From a virus: 64,000 bases of DNA. The position numbers and the translations under genes are program-made. Below the pieces are notes generated by a model. The model was not told where the DNA came from. It saw only the letters and a program-made list of their open reading frames with translations, and searched no databases. The stretch lies in IMG/VR virus record IMGVR_UViG_3300035191_000049; one strand, written 5' to 3'. Of this stretch, positions 9,812 to 19,133 are shown in pieces (position 1 is the first letter of the stretch; each line of letters opens with the position of its first letter).

Positions 9812-10752
9812 CCAACCTCCTAATCAACACCGACAAGCAGCGAGACCGCGAAGCCCCCACGTTCGCGAACATCAACCTCCTCGGGCGCTGCAACGTCCGG
9901 TGTTACTTCTGCTTGGGCGAAGACATTCGCGACCAGCTCGCCCCGCACGACCAGCGCAAGACGCACTTCGAGGAGTGGGCGAACTTCGAGCCCTTCCTGG
10001 ACCGCTGCAAGGCCGACGGCATCCAGAAGGTCTACGTCACCGGTCAAAACACTGATTCGTTGCTCTACCAGTACGTCGACGAGCTGATCGCTCACCTCCA
10101 AGGCCGCGGTTTCCGCGTCGGCCTGCGCACGAATGGCTACGAGGCCCCAGGGCTACTCGACACCATCAACCGGTGCAACTGCAGCGTCGGCTACTCCATC
10201 CATTCGCTGCGCACGACGACGCTACGGATGATCATGGGACGCCGCAAGCACCCCGAGTGGGAGACCATCATCCCCAACACCGAGCACCCCCGCATCTCGA
10301 TCGTGCTAAACCGCTGCAATCGATTCGAGTTCTGGGAGCTGCTCCGCTACATCAAGCGGTTCCCAAACGTTCGCTATGTCCAGGTGCGCCGCGTCTCGAC
10401 GGACACGCGCGTCGAGGAGTTGATCCCTGACATGATCGCCTACGAGGAGGTCTACACGCAGGTCAGGCAGATCTTTCCGATCAAGGCGCAGCTTTGGGGA
10501 GATGCCGACGTCTTCGACATCTACGGCATGGACGTCGTCTTTTGGAGAACCGTCAAGACGACCGTCAACAGCTACAACTACTTCACCGACGGAACCTTCA
10601 GCGACCTCTACTTCGTCGTCGAAGGTTATTTAAAAGCCAACGAACAACAAGGTGCCGATGCTCGGACGCGCGCAAAAGGGACGTGGAAGGATTGGGACGA
10701 AGAGGAAATACAGCGCGAACTCAAACCATGGCCCGGAGATGCAAAGCAATGA
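9808..10752 (+). CDS. radical SAM enzyme
   Basis: 'CNVRCYFCLG' CX3CX2C cluster near N-terminus. Confidence 0.7.
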   Translation: MTNLLINTDKQRDREAPTFANINLLGRCNVRCYFCLGEDIRDQLAPHDQRKTHFEEWANFEPFLDRCKADGIQKVYVTGQNTDSLLYQYVDELIAHLQGRGFRVGLRTNGYEAPGLLDTINRCNCSVGYSIHSLRTTTLRMIMGRRKHPEWETIIPNTEHPRISIVLNRCNRFEFWELLRYIKRFPNVRYVQVRRVSTDTRVEELIPDMIAYEEVYTQVRQIFPIKAQLWGDADVFDIYGMDVVFWRTVKTTVNSYNYFTDGTFSDLYFVVEGYLKANEQQGADARTRAKGTWKDWDEEEIQRELKPWPGDAKQ

Positions 10753-11705
10753 GCTACCAGAAGTACAGAGAGATGATCTATGGCAAGGAAGCCGCAGCGC
10801 TCCCCGAAGACGTCAGCACAAAAGATTTCAGCTACAAAGGACCAAACAACGATTGGTATGGCACTATCTACATCCTGAGTGGAGTCCCGGTGGAGATGGC
10901 GTTCTACACGTGGAGCGTTTCCAACGACAACATCACCAAGGGGTTCGAGGAGCAGATGGCAGAATTCGAAGGTGAATGGGAGATGTTCGATCTAAGCGGA
11001 GGCCAGGGTCATTACACAGCATGCCTGCGCAGAAAAGAGCAAAACATGCAATTGACTATCGAAGAGGTCGAAAAGGCCATCGACTGGCCCATCGAAAAAT
11101 GGGAGGGCAACTGCTATGGCGTCGCCTGCCAGATCGTAGAAAAAGGACTCGTTGAGGGAGAGGCTGTGTACGGACACTTCCTTGGCGGAGCTTCAGAAGA
11201 CGGCTATTGGGCAGCTCGTAGCGAGCACCCTTTCATTCGGCACGGATGGATACTTCTCCCCGACGGCCGCATCATGGATCCAACGCGCTGGAGCTTCGAG
11301 GCCAAGGAGCCCTACATCTGGATTGGAGAGAACTCCGGCGAATACGACCGCGGAGGCAACAAACTCCTCGGTATGATAGCCCAACGTAACCCATGGCCAG
11401 ATTTCGACGAGGACGCCGAGAAGACATATGAGTTCGAGTGGATGGAAGAAGTCGTCATGGATCTTGAGGACGTGGGCGCACACCTGCGCGACCCCCTCGA
11501 TCCCGATATAATGGAGCGCGACCCCCTCGACTTCGAACCCTACCACCTCACGCTGACAGCCGAGCAGGTCTTCTGGATCGCTAACCTCCCCCTAGACGTC
11601 TACAAGACGAAGCAGAGCGCCTACGACGTGTTCATCCAAATCAAGGAACAACAGCTTGATGGGTTTATCCCCATCGACAACAGAAACGAGATACTCGGAG
11701 ACTGA
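10749..11705 (+). CDS. hypothetical protein
   Basis: ATGA coupled to radical SAM gene; internal ATG of track ORF 10494..11705. Confidence 0.5.
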   Translation: MSYQKYREMIYGKEAAALPEDVSTKDFSYKGPNNDWYGTIYILSGVPVEMAFYTWSVSNDNITKGFEEQMAEFEGEWEMFDLSGGQGHYTACLRRKEQNMQLTIEEVEKAIDWPIEKWEGNCYGVACQIVEKGLVEGEAVYGHFLGGASEDGYWAARSEHPFIRHGWILLPDGRIMDPTRWSFEAKEPYIWIGENSGEYDRGGNKLLGMIAQRNPWPDFDEDAEKTYEFEWMEEVVMDLEDVGAHLRDPLDPDIMERDPLDFEPYHLTLTAEQVFWIANLPLDVYKTKQSAYDVFIQIKEQQLDGFIPIDNRNEILGD

Positions 11706-11706
11706 C

Positions 11707-12132
11707 ATGGCCTACGAATCACGCAAGGAATTCAAAGACGGAGAGATCAACAGCCTGGTCCTCAAAGTTCACACCGCCGAGGAGGCTCAGCGTCTCCATG
11801 ACGACTACTTCTATTTCGTCGGAACTCAAACACTGGAGCACGAGCTGACAGCTCCCGAGCTGGTCAAGTTCCACATCGGCTACGCGCTGGGCTACGGTGC
11901 CGGTCCCAAGCAGATCGAGATCTGGCGAAAGATGGGCATCGAGCACCCCATCCTGGGCGACAAGCTCTACGAGGTCCCGCCGACAGTCATCATGAAGTCC
12001 GGGATGGCGTTTTCAGAAGCCACGAAAAAAGGACTCGGCTTCAGAAAAGCCATCGAAGCCGCTCGCGACGTCGTCCATCAAGAGATGTCCGAGTTCGACT
12101 TCGTCAAGGACGCAATGAAGTCGCAGGAGTAG
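11707..12132 (+). CDS. hypothetical protein, paralog A of tandem pair
   Basis: shares 'LHDDY', 'ELVKFxIG', 'GIEHPILG' with 12197..12613. Confidence 0.5.
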   Translation: MAYESRKEFKDGEINSLVLKVHTAEEAQRLHDDYFYFVGTQTLEHELTAPELVKFHIGYALGYGAGPKQIEIWRKMGIEHPILGDKLYEVPPTVIMKSGMAFSEATKKGLGFRKAIEAARDVVHQEMSEFDFVKDAMKSQE

Positions 12133-12196
12133 GTTAATTATGGAAAAGCACACGCCCCACGGGTTATGGTCGTGACAGCAGGATAAGGAGAACACA

Positions 12197-12613
12197 ATGG
12201 CCTACGAAAAGCCCGAACATTTCGCAACCGCCAGCCTTCAAATTCTGGTCGCGAGCGTCGAAAACAAGGAGCAGGCGACGCAGCTTCACGACGACTACCG
12301 CGCGTGGCTCGGACGACACCCCCTGACCGAGTACGGCATGACCCTCGACGAGCTGGTCAAATTCAACATCGGCAACACCCTCGCCCTCGAAGCCGTCAGG
12401 GAGAAGAAGACGGCCGGAATCTGGAGAGAACTCGGCATTGAGCACCCGATTCTCGGCGCCAAGGTCGAGACGCTCCCCGACGACATCATCGGGAACATGC
12501 ACAAGCTCATCGGCAAGCTCGCTCGCGAAGGCAAGAGCAGGGACGAGTACACCAAAGCGGCCAAGGAATACATCGCACAGGCGGAACAGGTGATAAAGGA
12601 TGGAGAATCTTAG
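12197..12613 (+). CDS. hypothetical protein, paralog B of tandem pair
   Basis: AAGGAG RBS; paralogous to 11707..12132. Confidence 0.5.
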   Translation: MAYEKPEHFATASLQILVASVENKEQATQLHDDYRAWLGRHPLTEYGMTLDELVKFNIGNTLALEAVREKKTAGIWRELGIEHPILGAKVETLPDDIIGNMHKLIGKLAREGKSRDEYTKAAKEYIAQAEQVIKDGES

Positions 12614-13235
12614 AAAGCAATTGTCTCAAATAGTCCACGGCGTCGCGACCGGAGTCGTGGGCAACATTCTCTCCCAACTACTCAAGCACCCAACGACCGG
12701 CGACGGCTCGCTCGAAGCCCGCGACGTCAAGTTTTGGGAGGAATTTACAGAAACACCGTTTGATGAAACAAGCGAAAGCACTCGAACGGCTTTCGATACC
12801 GACGCCATGCGAATCATAGAAGTCCTCAGGACGAATCCACAAGTGGACGAAGCCCTGATTTTCCGAGAGGCCCTGGAATATATGTGCCTCCGAAACGGCT
12901 TTCCGATTTGGCTTGAAGAATTTCTGGAGCGCGGCGAGCTGACCAACAAGGAGCGCGACACCCTCTCCCATCTGCGCGCCCTGGAAGCCGAGAGAAAAAG
13001 GACGGTTGGCTTCCAAGACCGGGCTTGGTACCGAGAAAAAAAGCACATCGGCGAAAGGAACGTGGTGGCCCACGCGCTCACCGGAAACAAGGACGAAGAA
13101 TCCGCTCACGTCCTCTGCACTCAGATGCGGGTGATGAAGGAGGACTGGCGCAAGCTCACTCGGATCGGCGTTCATTCCAGCACCCTCTGCCCCGAATGCC
13201 TGGCGATTCTTAACGACGAGCTGAGGAGCCGCTAA
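12600..13235 (+). CDS. hypothetical protein
   Basis: ORF; C-terminal CPEC. Confidence 0.45.
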   Translation: MENLRKQLSQIVHGVATGVVGNILSQLLKHPTTGDGSLEARDVKFWEEFTETPFDETSESTRTAFDTDAMRIIEVLRTNPQVDEALIFREALEYMCLRNGFPIWLEEFLERGELTNKERDTLSHLRALEAERKRTVGFQDRAWYREKKHIGERNVVAHALTGNKDEESAHVLCTQMRVMKEDWRKLTRIGVHSSTLCPECLAILNDELRSR

Positions 13236-13275
13236 GAAAAGCGGGCTTGGGGTTATACTGACATCGGAGGTCAAA

Positions 13276-13632
13276 ATGCTTGAAAAGCTGGCCGGTTTGA
13301 TGTCGTCTTCGGAAAAATACGGGTCGACCAAGAAGTGTGTTGGCTGCGGATATTGCTGCTGCCATAGCCCCTGCAGCGTTTCGATGGCGTCACACGTCCT
13401 TCGGAACGAGCCTTGGTACCCCGACCTCCCCTGCCTGCATCTTCAATGGGATGAACAGAATCAGCGACACTGGTGTGCTCTCTATCAGTGGAGAGTGCTT
13501 GGGAAAAACCTTTTCATCATTGGACCGACCGACAACTGCATCATGCCCAACAACCCATTCCGATCGGGACCGAGGGAGCTATTCGGCCCTGAAAACCCGA
13601 TCCCGAACATAGATAGAACACGAAAACAATGA
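13276..13632 (+). CDS. cysteine-rich hypothetical protein
   Basis: GGAGG RBS; 'CVGCGYCCCHSPC'. Confidence 0.45.
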   Translation: MLEKLAGLMSSSEKYGSTKKCVGCGYCCCHSPCSVSMASHVLRNEPWYPDLPCLHLQWDEQNQRHWCALYQWRVLGKNLFIIGPTDNCIMPNNPFRSGPRELFGPENPIPNIDRTRKQ

Positions 13633-14018
13633 CCGGACAAGAACGACGCGAGGAGCTTTTTGAAGGGCAAATCGACCGACTTTCACAACTCGCCTGGCGA
13701 GCCATTAACGTCAAGAAGATGGCCATCAGAGAATTCGCCATTATCGCCATCGAGGTAGACGACCCTGACTGGCGACCACTCGCTGACGCACTGATGCCTG
13801 ACAACGAAGCGCAATGGCAGAAGCTCCGCGAGCAGGGTATGACCCCTATCGCCCGTGGAATCATCCCGAGGGAGACCGTCAAGCTCATCGTGGATAGAGT
13901 TCCTGACCTCAAAATCATCCTGCGCCGGCAACCTCGTTATGGGACAGCCTACGTTATCGTATTGGCAGCAGGCGGCGCATCCGCATACGAAGTTTCTCAC
14001 AACATCGAAGACAACTAA
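13629..14018 (+). CDS. hypothetical protein
   Basis: ATGA coupling. Confidence 0.45.
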   Translation: MTGQERREELFEGQIDRLSQLAWRAINVKKMAIREFAIIAIEVDDPDWRPLADALMPDNEAQWQKLREQGMTPIARGIIPRETVKLIVDRVPDLKIILRRQPRYGTAYVIVLAAGGASAYEVSHNIEDN

Positions 14019-14027
14019 GGGGACCGC

Positions 14028-14918
14028 ATGGGACGCGAAATCAAAAGAGTTCCGATCGACTTCAAGTGGCCGATGGGCAAGACGTGGGGAGGCTTTCTCA
14101 ATCCCGATCCGCCACTAAAATGCCCTAACTGCGGTGGCAGTGGAGAATCGAAGGAGATGAAGGCACTGGTGAACGAGTGGTACTGGGGGAATCCAGAGGG
14201 GCACTGGAACCCTACTACCAAGGACGACACCGCAACGCAGCATCAGCTTACCCAGGAAGAGGTCAATCTCCTCGTCGACAATCATCGTCTTTGGCACTTC
14301 TCGGCAACGTGGGACCGCGAACAGAGGAAGTGGGTGCCTATTCTCAACGAGGACGGATCGCAGTACTACCCTCCGGCCGAGGTCGTCAACGAAGCCTCCA
14401 GAACGAGCCCAATGGTCCATGACTCAATCAACCAGTGGATCGTATGCGGCCACAGGGCAAAGAAGGCAGGCATCGAAACGAAGTGCCATGTGTGCGACGG
14501 AACAGGTCGCAGATATCGAGACGACGCTCACAAGAAGCACTGCGACGAATGGAAAGAAACGCCGCCTCCTGAAGGCGAAGGATGGCAGGTCTGGGAACAT
14601 GTCAGCGAGGGATCGCCAACCACTCCTGTTTTCGAGACCGCGGAAGCGCTGGTCGAATACCTTGTAGAAGGCGGAGACTACTTCGAGCACCAAAAACCCC
14701 CGGAGGAGAGAGAGCCACCGAGCCGCGATGCTGTCGTGCAGTTCGTCAAGGGCTCAGGCTGGGTTCCATCAATGGCAATTGTCGACGGTGAGATGCTCAA
14801 GAACATCGAGGTCGCCAAGACACAGGTGAAGCCAGAGCAGCCTATGGATGAAATGGACCTCGTCAGAGAGGCAGCACAGAACGGCAAGCCGTTCGCGCAG
14901 GAGGGGTCCGATGCCTGA
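14028..14918 (+). CDS. hypothetical protein (CPNCGG and CHVCDG zinc ribbon)
   Basis: ORF with RBS-like GGGGACCGC upstream. Confidence 0.5.
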   Translation: MGREIKRVPIDFKWPMGKTWGGFLNPDPPLKCPNCGGSGESKEMKALVNEWYWGNPEGHWNPTTKDDTATQHQLTQEEVNLLVDNHRLWHFSATWDREQRKWVPILNEDGSQYYPPAEVVNEASRTSPMVHDSINQWIVCGHRAKKAGIETKCHVCDGTGRRYRDDAHKKHCDEWKETPPPEGEGWQVWEHVSEGSPTTPVFETAEALVEYLVEGGDYFEHQKPPEEREPPSRDAVVQFVKGSGWVPSMAIVDGEMLKNIEVAKTQVKPEQPMDEMDLVREAAQNGKPFAQEGSDA

Positions 14919-15264
14919 TCAGTCCATCAATCTGGGTACCACATCGAGACCGTGCTGGCTTGAGGAAAAGCTCGAACGAGCTACCATAACAAACTGCCGA
15001 GTTTTAGACGGTTTCGTCTATTTTGACATTGAGGGATTCAAGCTCACCTACAGAGTACCGCTCGAACACCCTGGCATGCCACAGCACGTTTATGCCCCTG
15101 ACGGAACAACTGTCACCGACAGGGCAGAAATTTTTATCGGAAAATGCCCTGACTGGGGATATGAAATCTACTGGCTCGTCTTCGACATCGAGTGGTTCAG
15201 GACGCTCCCAGTCAAACACGATGGGCTCTCTCGAACCTGTCCGCTTTGCCAAGATATACAATGA
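14911..15264 (+). CDS. hypothetical protein
   Basis: ATG overlapping previous stop; in frame with track ORF 14848..15264. Confidence 0.4.
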   Translation: MPDQSINLGTTSRPCWLEEKLERATITNCRVLDGFVYFDIEGFKLTYRVPLEHPGMPQHVYAPDGTTVTDRAEIFIGKCPDWGYEIYWLVFDIEWFRTLPVKHDGLSRTCPLCQDIQ

Positions 15265-16106
15265 ACCGAGTCATCCACCGGAACAACCTTCCATGGCTGG
15301 TCGACGAGCCTGACGAGCACTACGACCTCATCTACATCGACCCGCCCTTCAACACGGGCAAGCGGCAGCGGCGGCAGCGCATCAGGACCATTCGCGACGA
15401 CGAAGGCAACCGCCAGGGCTTTGGCGGCGCTCGATACCGAACCGAGAAGCTTGCGGACTCGGGCTCCTACGACGACTATTCTGCCGACTTCATAGGCTTC
15501 ATGGAGCCACGCCTGGCCGAGGCTCGAAGAATCCTCAGGATGAATGGTTCACTGTTCGTCCACCTGGATTATCGCGAGGTCCACTACATCAAGGTCGTCC
15601 TCGATCAGGTCTTTGGCTCTGATTGCTTCATGGGAGAGATCATCTGGGCCTACGACTTCGGTGGCCGATCGAAGTATAAGTGGCCTACCAAGCACGACAC
15701 CATTCTCTGGTACGCCAAGAATCCTGAGGACTACGTTTTCAACATTGAAGAGGCCGAAAAGATCGTTTTCAAAGCTCCAGGTCTCGAAGTCGGCGACGAG
15801 CCCATAGGCGACGTCTGGTGGCACACCATCGTGGGGACGAACAGCAAGGAGAAGACTGGCTACCCGACCCAGAAGCCCATCGGGCTCATCGAGCGGATAG
15901 TGAAGGTTCACTCGAACTCTGGAGACCATCTTCTGGACTTCTTCGCCGGCAGTGGGACATTCGGTGAGGCCGCGGGGCGCAATGGGCGCATCTTCACGAT
16001 GGTCGACTCGAACGCGCATGCCGTCGGAGCGATGATGAGCCGCCTCGCCAGATTCGAGCCCGAGCTGGTGCTCCCAGATGTTGACTTTCCCCCCTCTCGG
16101 GGGTAA
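15261..16106 (+). CDS. DNA methyltransferase (N6-adenine/N4-cytosine, PF01555-like)
   Basis: 'DLIYIDPPFNTG' DPPF motif; SAM-binding 'DFFAGSGT'; ATGA coupling. Confidence 0.75.
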   Translation: MNRVIHRNNLPWLVDEPDEHYDLIYIDPPFNTGKRQRRQRIRTIRDDEGNRQGFGGARYRTEKLADSGSYDDYSADFIGFMEPRLAEARRILRMNGSLFVHLDYREVHYIKVVLDQVFGSDCFMGEIIWAYDFGGRSKYKWPTKHDTILWYAKNPEDYVFNIEEAEKIVFKAPGLEVGDEPIGDVWWHTIVGTNSKEKTGYPTQKPIGLIERIVKVHSNSGDHLLDFFAGSGTFGEAAGRNGRIFTMVDSNAHAVGAMMSRLARFEPELVLPDVDFPPSRG

Positions 16107-16125
16107 CATATGCAACCCTGAGCCC

Positions 16126-16980
16126 ATGGACCCAACGCTCTCAAAAGTCCTCGAAAAAGTCGCTCTCCAGAAGCGGAAGGGGCAGCCGAATTTCTACGCT
16201 CCTCTTGACCCGGAGGAGGCGAAGCTCGTTCGTGCGCACTACGAGGAGCAGCTCCGCATTCCAATCATTGGAACACCGCATACCCTCATCAAAAACAGAA
16301 TGGACACCGTTATCTCTCGCGGATACGTCCGAGTTGTTATCGGCGATTACGGAGCCTTCATCGAGTTCAACGACGAGCAGGTCCAGCGACAGAACCTCAG
16401 GCCACACTTCGACGGTCCCCCACAGAGTGGCGTCGCCTACGTCTGGCTTGAGACCAAGGACACCCTGAAGACGAAGATCTACGAGCAGAAGCGCACGGTT
16501 CGCTACGCAGACTACACGCCTGGGATGTTCTACGTCGACCCGGCCAAGATAGAGGCGGCTCGCGATCCGGACTTCGCCGCCGAGCACGAGTTTGAGTGGC
16601 GCGTCTACTATAGAATTGCATCGACCAATCACCTTCTTGAAGCCAAGCGAGCCGAAGGCGGTGAACCCTACGGTCACACGCCAGGCATGGGACTCAAGGC
16701 AAGGCCCGGAGAATGGCTTTGCCGCACCATTGAACAGACTCACTACTGGACGATGAACGACGAGTCGTTCGACATGCTTTACAGGCTGCTCAGCAAGTCG
16801 GACCTACCCCCTGAAGTCAAAAAGAAGAAGCCGCGAAAAAGGCGGGTCAAAAAAGAAGAGCAGCACAAGGGCCGCAAATCCCAGGGGGCCTCTTCCCATA
16901 GCCCAGGGAACGACACAGAGGGGCTCCCACTTTTCACGGAAGGCAACGAAGATGGGGCAAGAAGGACTGAACCGAGCTGA
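16126..16980 (+). CDS. hypothetical protein with Lys-rich C-terminus
   Basis: ATG 12 nt after TAACATATGCAA palindrome. Confidence 0.4.
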   Translation: MDPTLSKVLEKVALQKRKGQPNFYAPLDPEEAKLVRAHYEEQLRIPIIGTPHTLIKNRMDTVISRGYVRVVIGDYGAFIEFNDEQVQRQNLRPHFDGPPQSGVAYVWLETKDTLKTKIYEQKRTVRYADYTPGMFYVDPAKIEAARDPDFAAEHEFEWRVYYRIASTNHLLEAKRAEGGEPYGHTPGMGLKARPGEWLCRTIEQTHYWTMNDESFDMLYRLLSKSDLPPEVKKKKPRKRRVKKEEQHKGRKSQGASSHSPGNDTEGLPLFTEGNEDGARRTEPS

Positions 16981-17299
16981 GATTCTCGGCAACATCGGTG
17001 GCGAGGTCGAACTCAGGGAGACCAAGAGCAAAGGAACTCCCTACCTTAACCTCTCGATCGCGACCAACGAGCGGCGACGAAATGCCGACGGGGACTGGAC
17101 CGACGAAGCGGAATGGCACAACGTCATCATATGGGGGAAGAGAGCGAAGGCGCTGGCGACCCTACTCAAGCGCGGCCGAACGATCTACGTCGCGGGACGA
17201 ATGGAAACGAAGAAGTGGGAGGACAGCGAGGGCATCAAGCGGCAGAAGATGCAGATCAATGCCGACCAGGTGATCCTCGTCGGAAGTGGACGGGACTAA
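16952..17299 (+). CDS. ssb: single-stranded DNA-binding protein
   Basis: OB-fold SSB pattern 'LNRAEILGNIGGEVELRET...WHNVIIWGKRAE'. Confidence 0.7.
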   Translation: MGQEGLNRAEILGNIGGEVELRETKSKGTPYLNLSIATNERRRNADGDWTDEAEWHNVIIWGKRAKALATLLKRGRTIYVAGRMETKKWEDSEGIKRQKMQINADQVILVGSGRD

Positions 17300-17781
17300 G
17301 CAGCCCGCGCATCACGGAATCTTTCGACGCTGGATCGATCGAGCACCCAGTAATTCCCAACAAGCCATCCCCTCAACTTTCCCTTCATCAGGGCTTGATG
17401 AGTCGCCGCCTTCGAGAAGCCGATAATCTCCGCGGCCTGGGCGATGCTGACGAGCGGCGTCTCCTGCGGTATATCGAATAAATCCTGAGGATGAATTGAC
17501 AGGCCCTGCTCGATACCGGCACGCTCGACGATGTCCGTCGCCACTTGAAATACCAGCGACTGCGCCACCTCCGGAGTCAGGGATCCTCCGTCTCGGGGAT
17601 ATGCTCCGTGGCCGCGGACGAGCTTCAGCAGCTCGAAGTAGTCCTCACCGGCCTTCGCTTTCTCTGCGAGCCCTTCCAGGTACTGCATGTCCATCTCGTC
17701 CAGCCAGCCAAGTGAAAGCTGTCTCCCGGACAGAAGGGTGTAGGCGTGTTTGTCCTTATTCGGGACATTCTTCTTTGCCAT
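17296..17781 (-). CDS. DNA-binding protein with C-terminal excisionase-type HTH
   Basis: C-terminus 'VSIAQAAEIIGFSKAATHQALMKGKLRGWLVGNYWVLDRSSVERF'; GGAG RBS before MAKKN. Confidence 0.5.
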   Translation of the reverse strand: MAKKNVPNKDKHAYTLLSGRQLSLGWLDEMDMQYLEGLAEKAKAGEDYFELLKLVRGHGAYPRDGGSLTPEVAQSLVFQVATDIVERAGIEQGLSIHPQDLFDIPQETPLVSIAQAAEIIGFSKAATHQALMKGKLRGWLVGNYWVLDRSSVERFRDARAA

Positions 17782-17792
17782 CTTGAGGACTC

Positions 17793-18563
17793 CTATCCAA
17801 AAACGACGTCGCGGTGCAACCACACGGTGGCGAGCTGCCCGTGGCGCGTCTTGCGTCGAGAGCCTGAATCGAAGAGCATCTGAGGACGCTCACCATCAGC
17901 CTCCATCAGCTCGTTGATCCGAGCGCTCGCCGTCTGGTGCGGCATCTCCAAGGCGACCTCGACCTCGTCGCAGGTGGCGCCGTTAGTGCCCTCGTTCTTC
18001 ACCACGTCGAGCACGAGCTTCTGCAGCTTGCCGATCATGGGCGCGATGTTCTCAGCAGCCATGAATGACGTATCGCTCCCCGCGACGTACTTGGGGAGTG
18101 CTACGTCCTTCGGGTTGAAGAGACCCGGCTGCTCCTGCGTGCCAAGGGGCTCGGGAACAGGGGGCTTGATCATTCCGAAATCAATCGTGTCGAACATGGC
18201 CGCGCAGGCTCTGCCCCGGGGGACGAGCTGCCCGCTGTTGTCGAGCCACGGGAATGCAACAAAGACGCCCTTGCGGACCCAGCTCTTCCAACCGAAGACA
18301 CGCTCACTCGGGGGCGCCCCCATGAGCACCAGCTCGTAGCGCCCTACGCCGTGCTCGTCGCGGATCTCTTTCCAGGTAGGTGGACGATCGTATCGGGCCT
18401 TGAAGCTCCTGTGAGCCTCCTCAGAGGCAGCCAGCGGAACCCTGAAGGCGATGAAGTAGGAGACCCCTCCTCGATCGGTGAGATCCCGCCACAGTCGGGT
18501 CAAATCTGCGAGCCCGCTGTCTCCCATGCCGTCAATGTACTCTGTGACTTGCTTGTTCATCAT
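17793..18563 (-). CDS. hypothetical protein
   Basis: start MMNKQ directly downstream of TAACACATGCTA palindrome. Confidence 0.45.
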   Translation of the reverse strand: MMNKQVTEYIDGMGDSGLADLTRLWRDLTDRGGVSYFIAFRVPLAASEEAHRSFKARYDRPPTWKEIRDEHGVGRYELVLMGAPPSERVFGWKSWVRKGVFVAFPWLDNSGQLVPRGRACAAMFDTIDFGMIKPPVPEPLGTQEQPGLFNPKDVALPKYVAGSDTSFMAAENIAPMIGKLQKLVLDVVKNEGTNGATCDEVEVALEMPHQTASARINELMEADGERPQMLFDSGSRRKTRHGQLATVWLHRDVVFG

Positions 18564-18630
18564 GATCACCTGGTATAACACATGCTATCAGGTAGTGAAC
18601 AGTTGTCAAGTGGCCGGATTCACTTGGTTT

Positions 18631-18957
18631 TCATTCATCCTGAGGACTATTGGCGCTGTAATCGACAGTCTCTCCAGCCTCTAGCTCAGCGGTATCTTGA
18701 TCACAGAGTTCGAAGAGCCTCTTGATGTCCTCATCGGCGCTGTCCTCGGCGACGTCCAGGTGATGAAGAAGGCAGCCGCCGATGCTCAGCGTGAGTGCTT
18801 GCGGAAGACGGCCACCTTCTCCCATGTAGCTCGCCAAAGCCCTCACGACAGATCGCGCCGCCTGGTCCGCGCTTGTTTTTGCGGGATCGCAAAGTTTTTT
18901 TACTTTTTCTTCGAGCTGTTCGAGTAGCTCCTCAGTATTTCTTCCCTCAGTGTCCAT
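18631..18957 (-). CDS. hypothetical acidic protein
   Basis: GGGAGGGA RBS. Confidence 0.45.
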   Translation of the reverse strand: MDTEGRNTEELLEQLEEKVKKLCDPAKTSADQAARSVVRALASYMGEGGRLPQALTLSIGGCLLHHLDVAEDSADEDIKRLFELCDQDTAELEAGETVDYSANSPQDE

Positions 18958-19133
18958 GCGTCCCTCCCTGAATTAACGTAACACATATGATAAAGTGCAC
19001 CCATGGGGACAATAATCGCGAGCACTTTCACCTTGATCCGTTACTGCGCAGAGCGCGCGACAAAGCGCATCCGCCACGTTTACGAGATCGCCTTCAGCAA
19101 AGGTGACTGGAAGATCGATTTCGGGAGGTAGCC

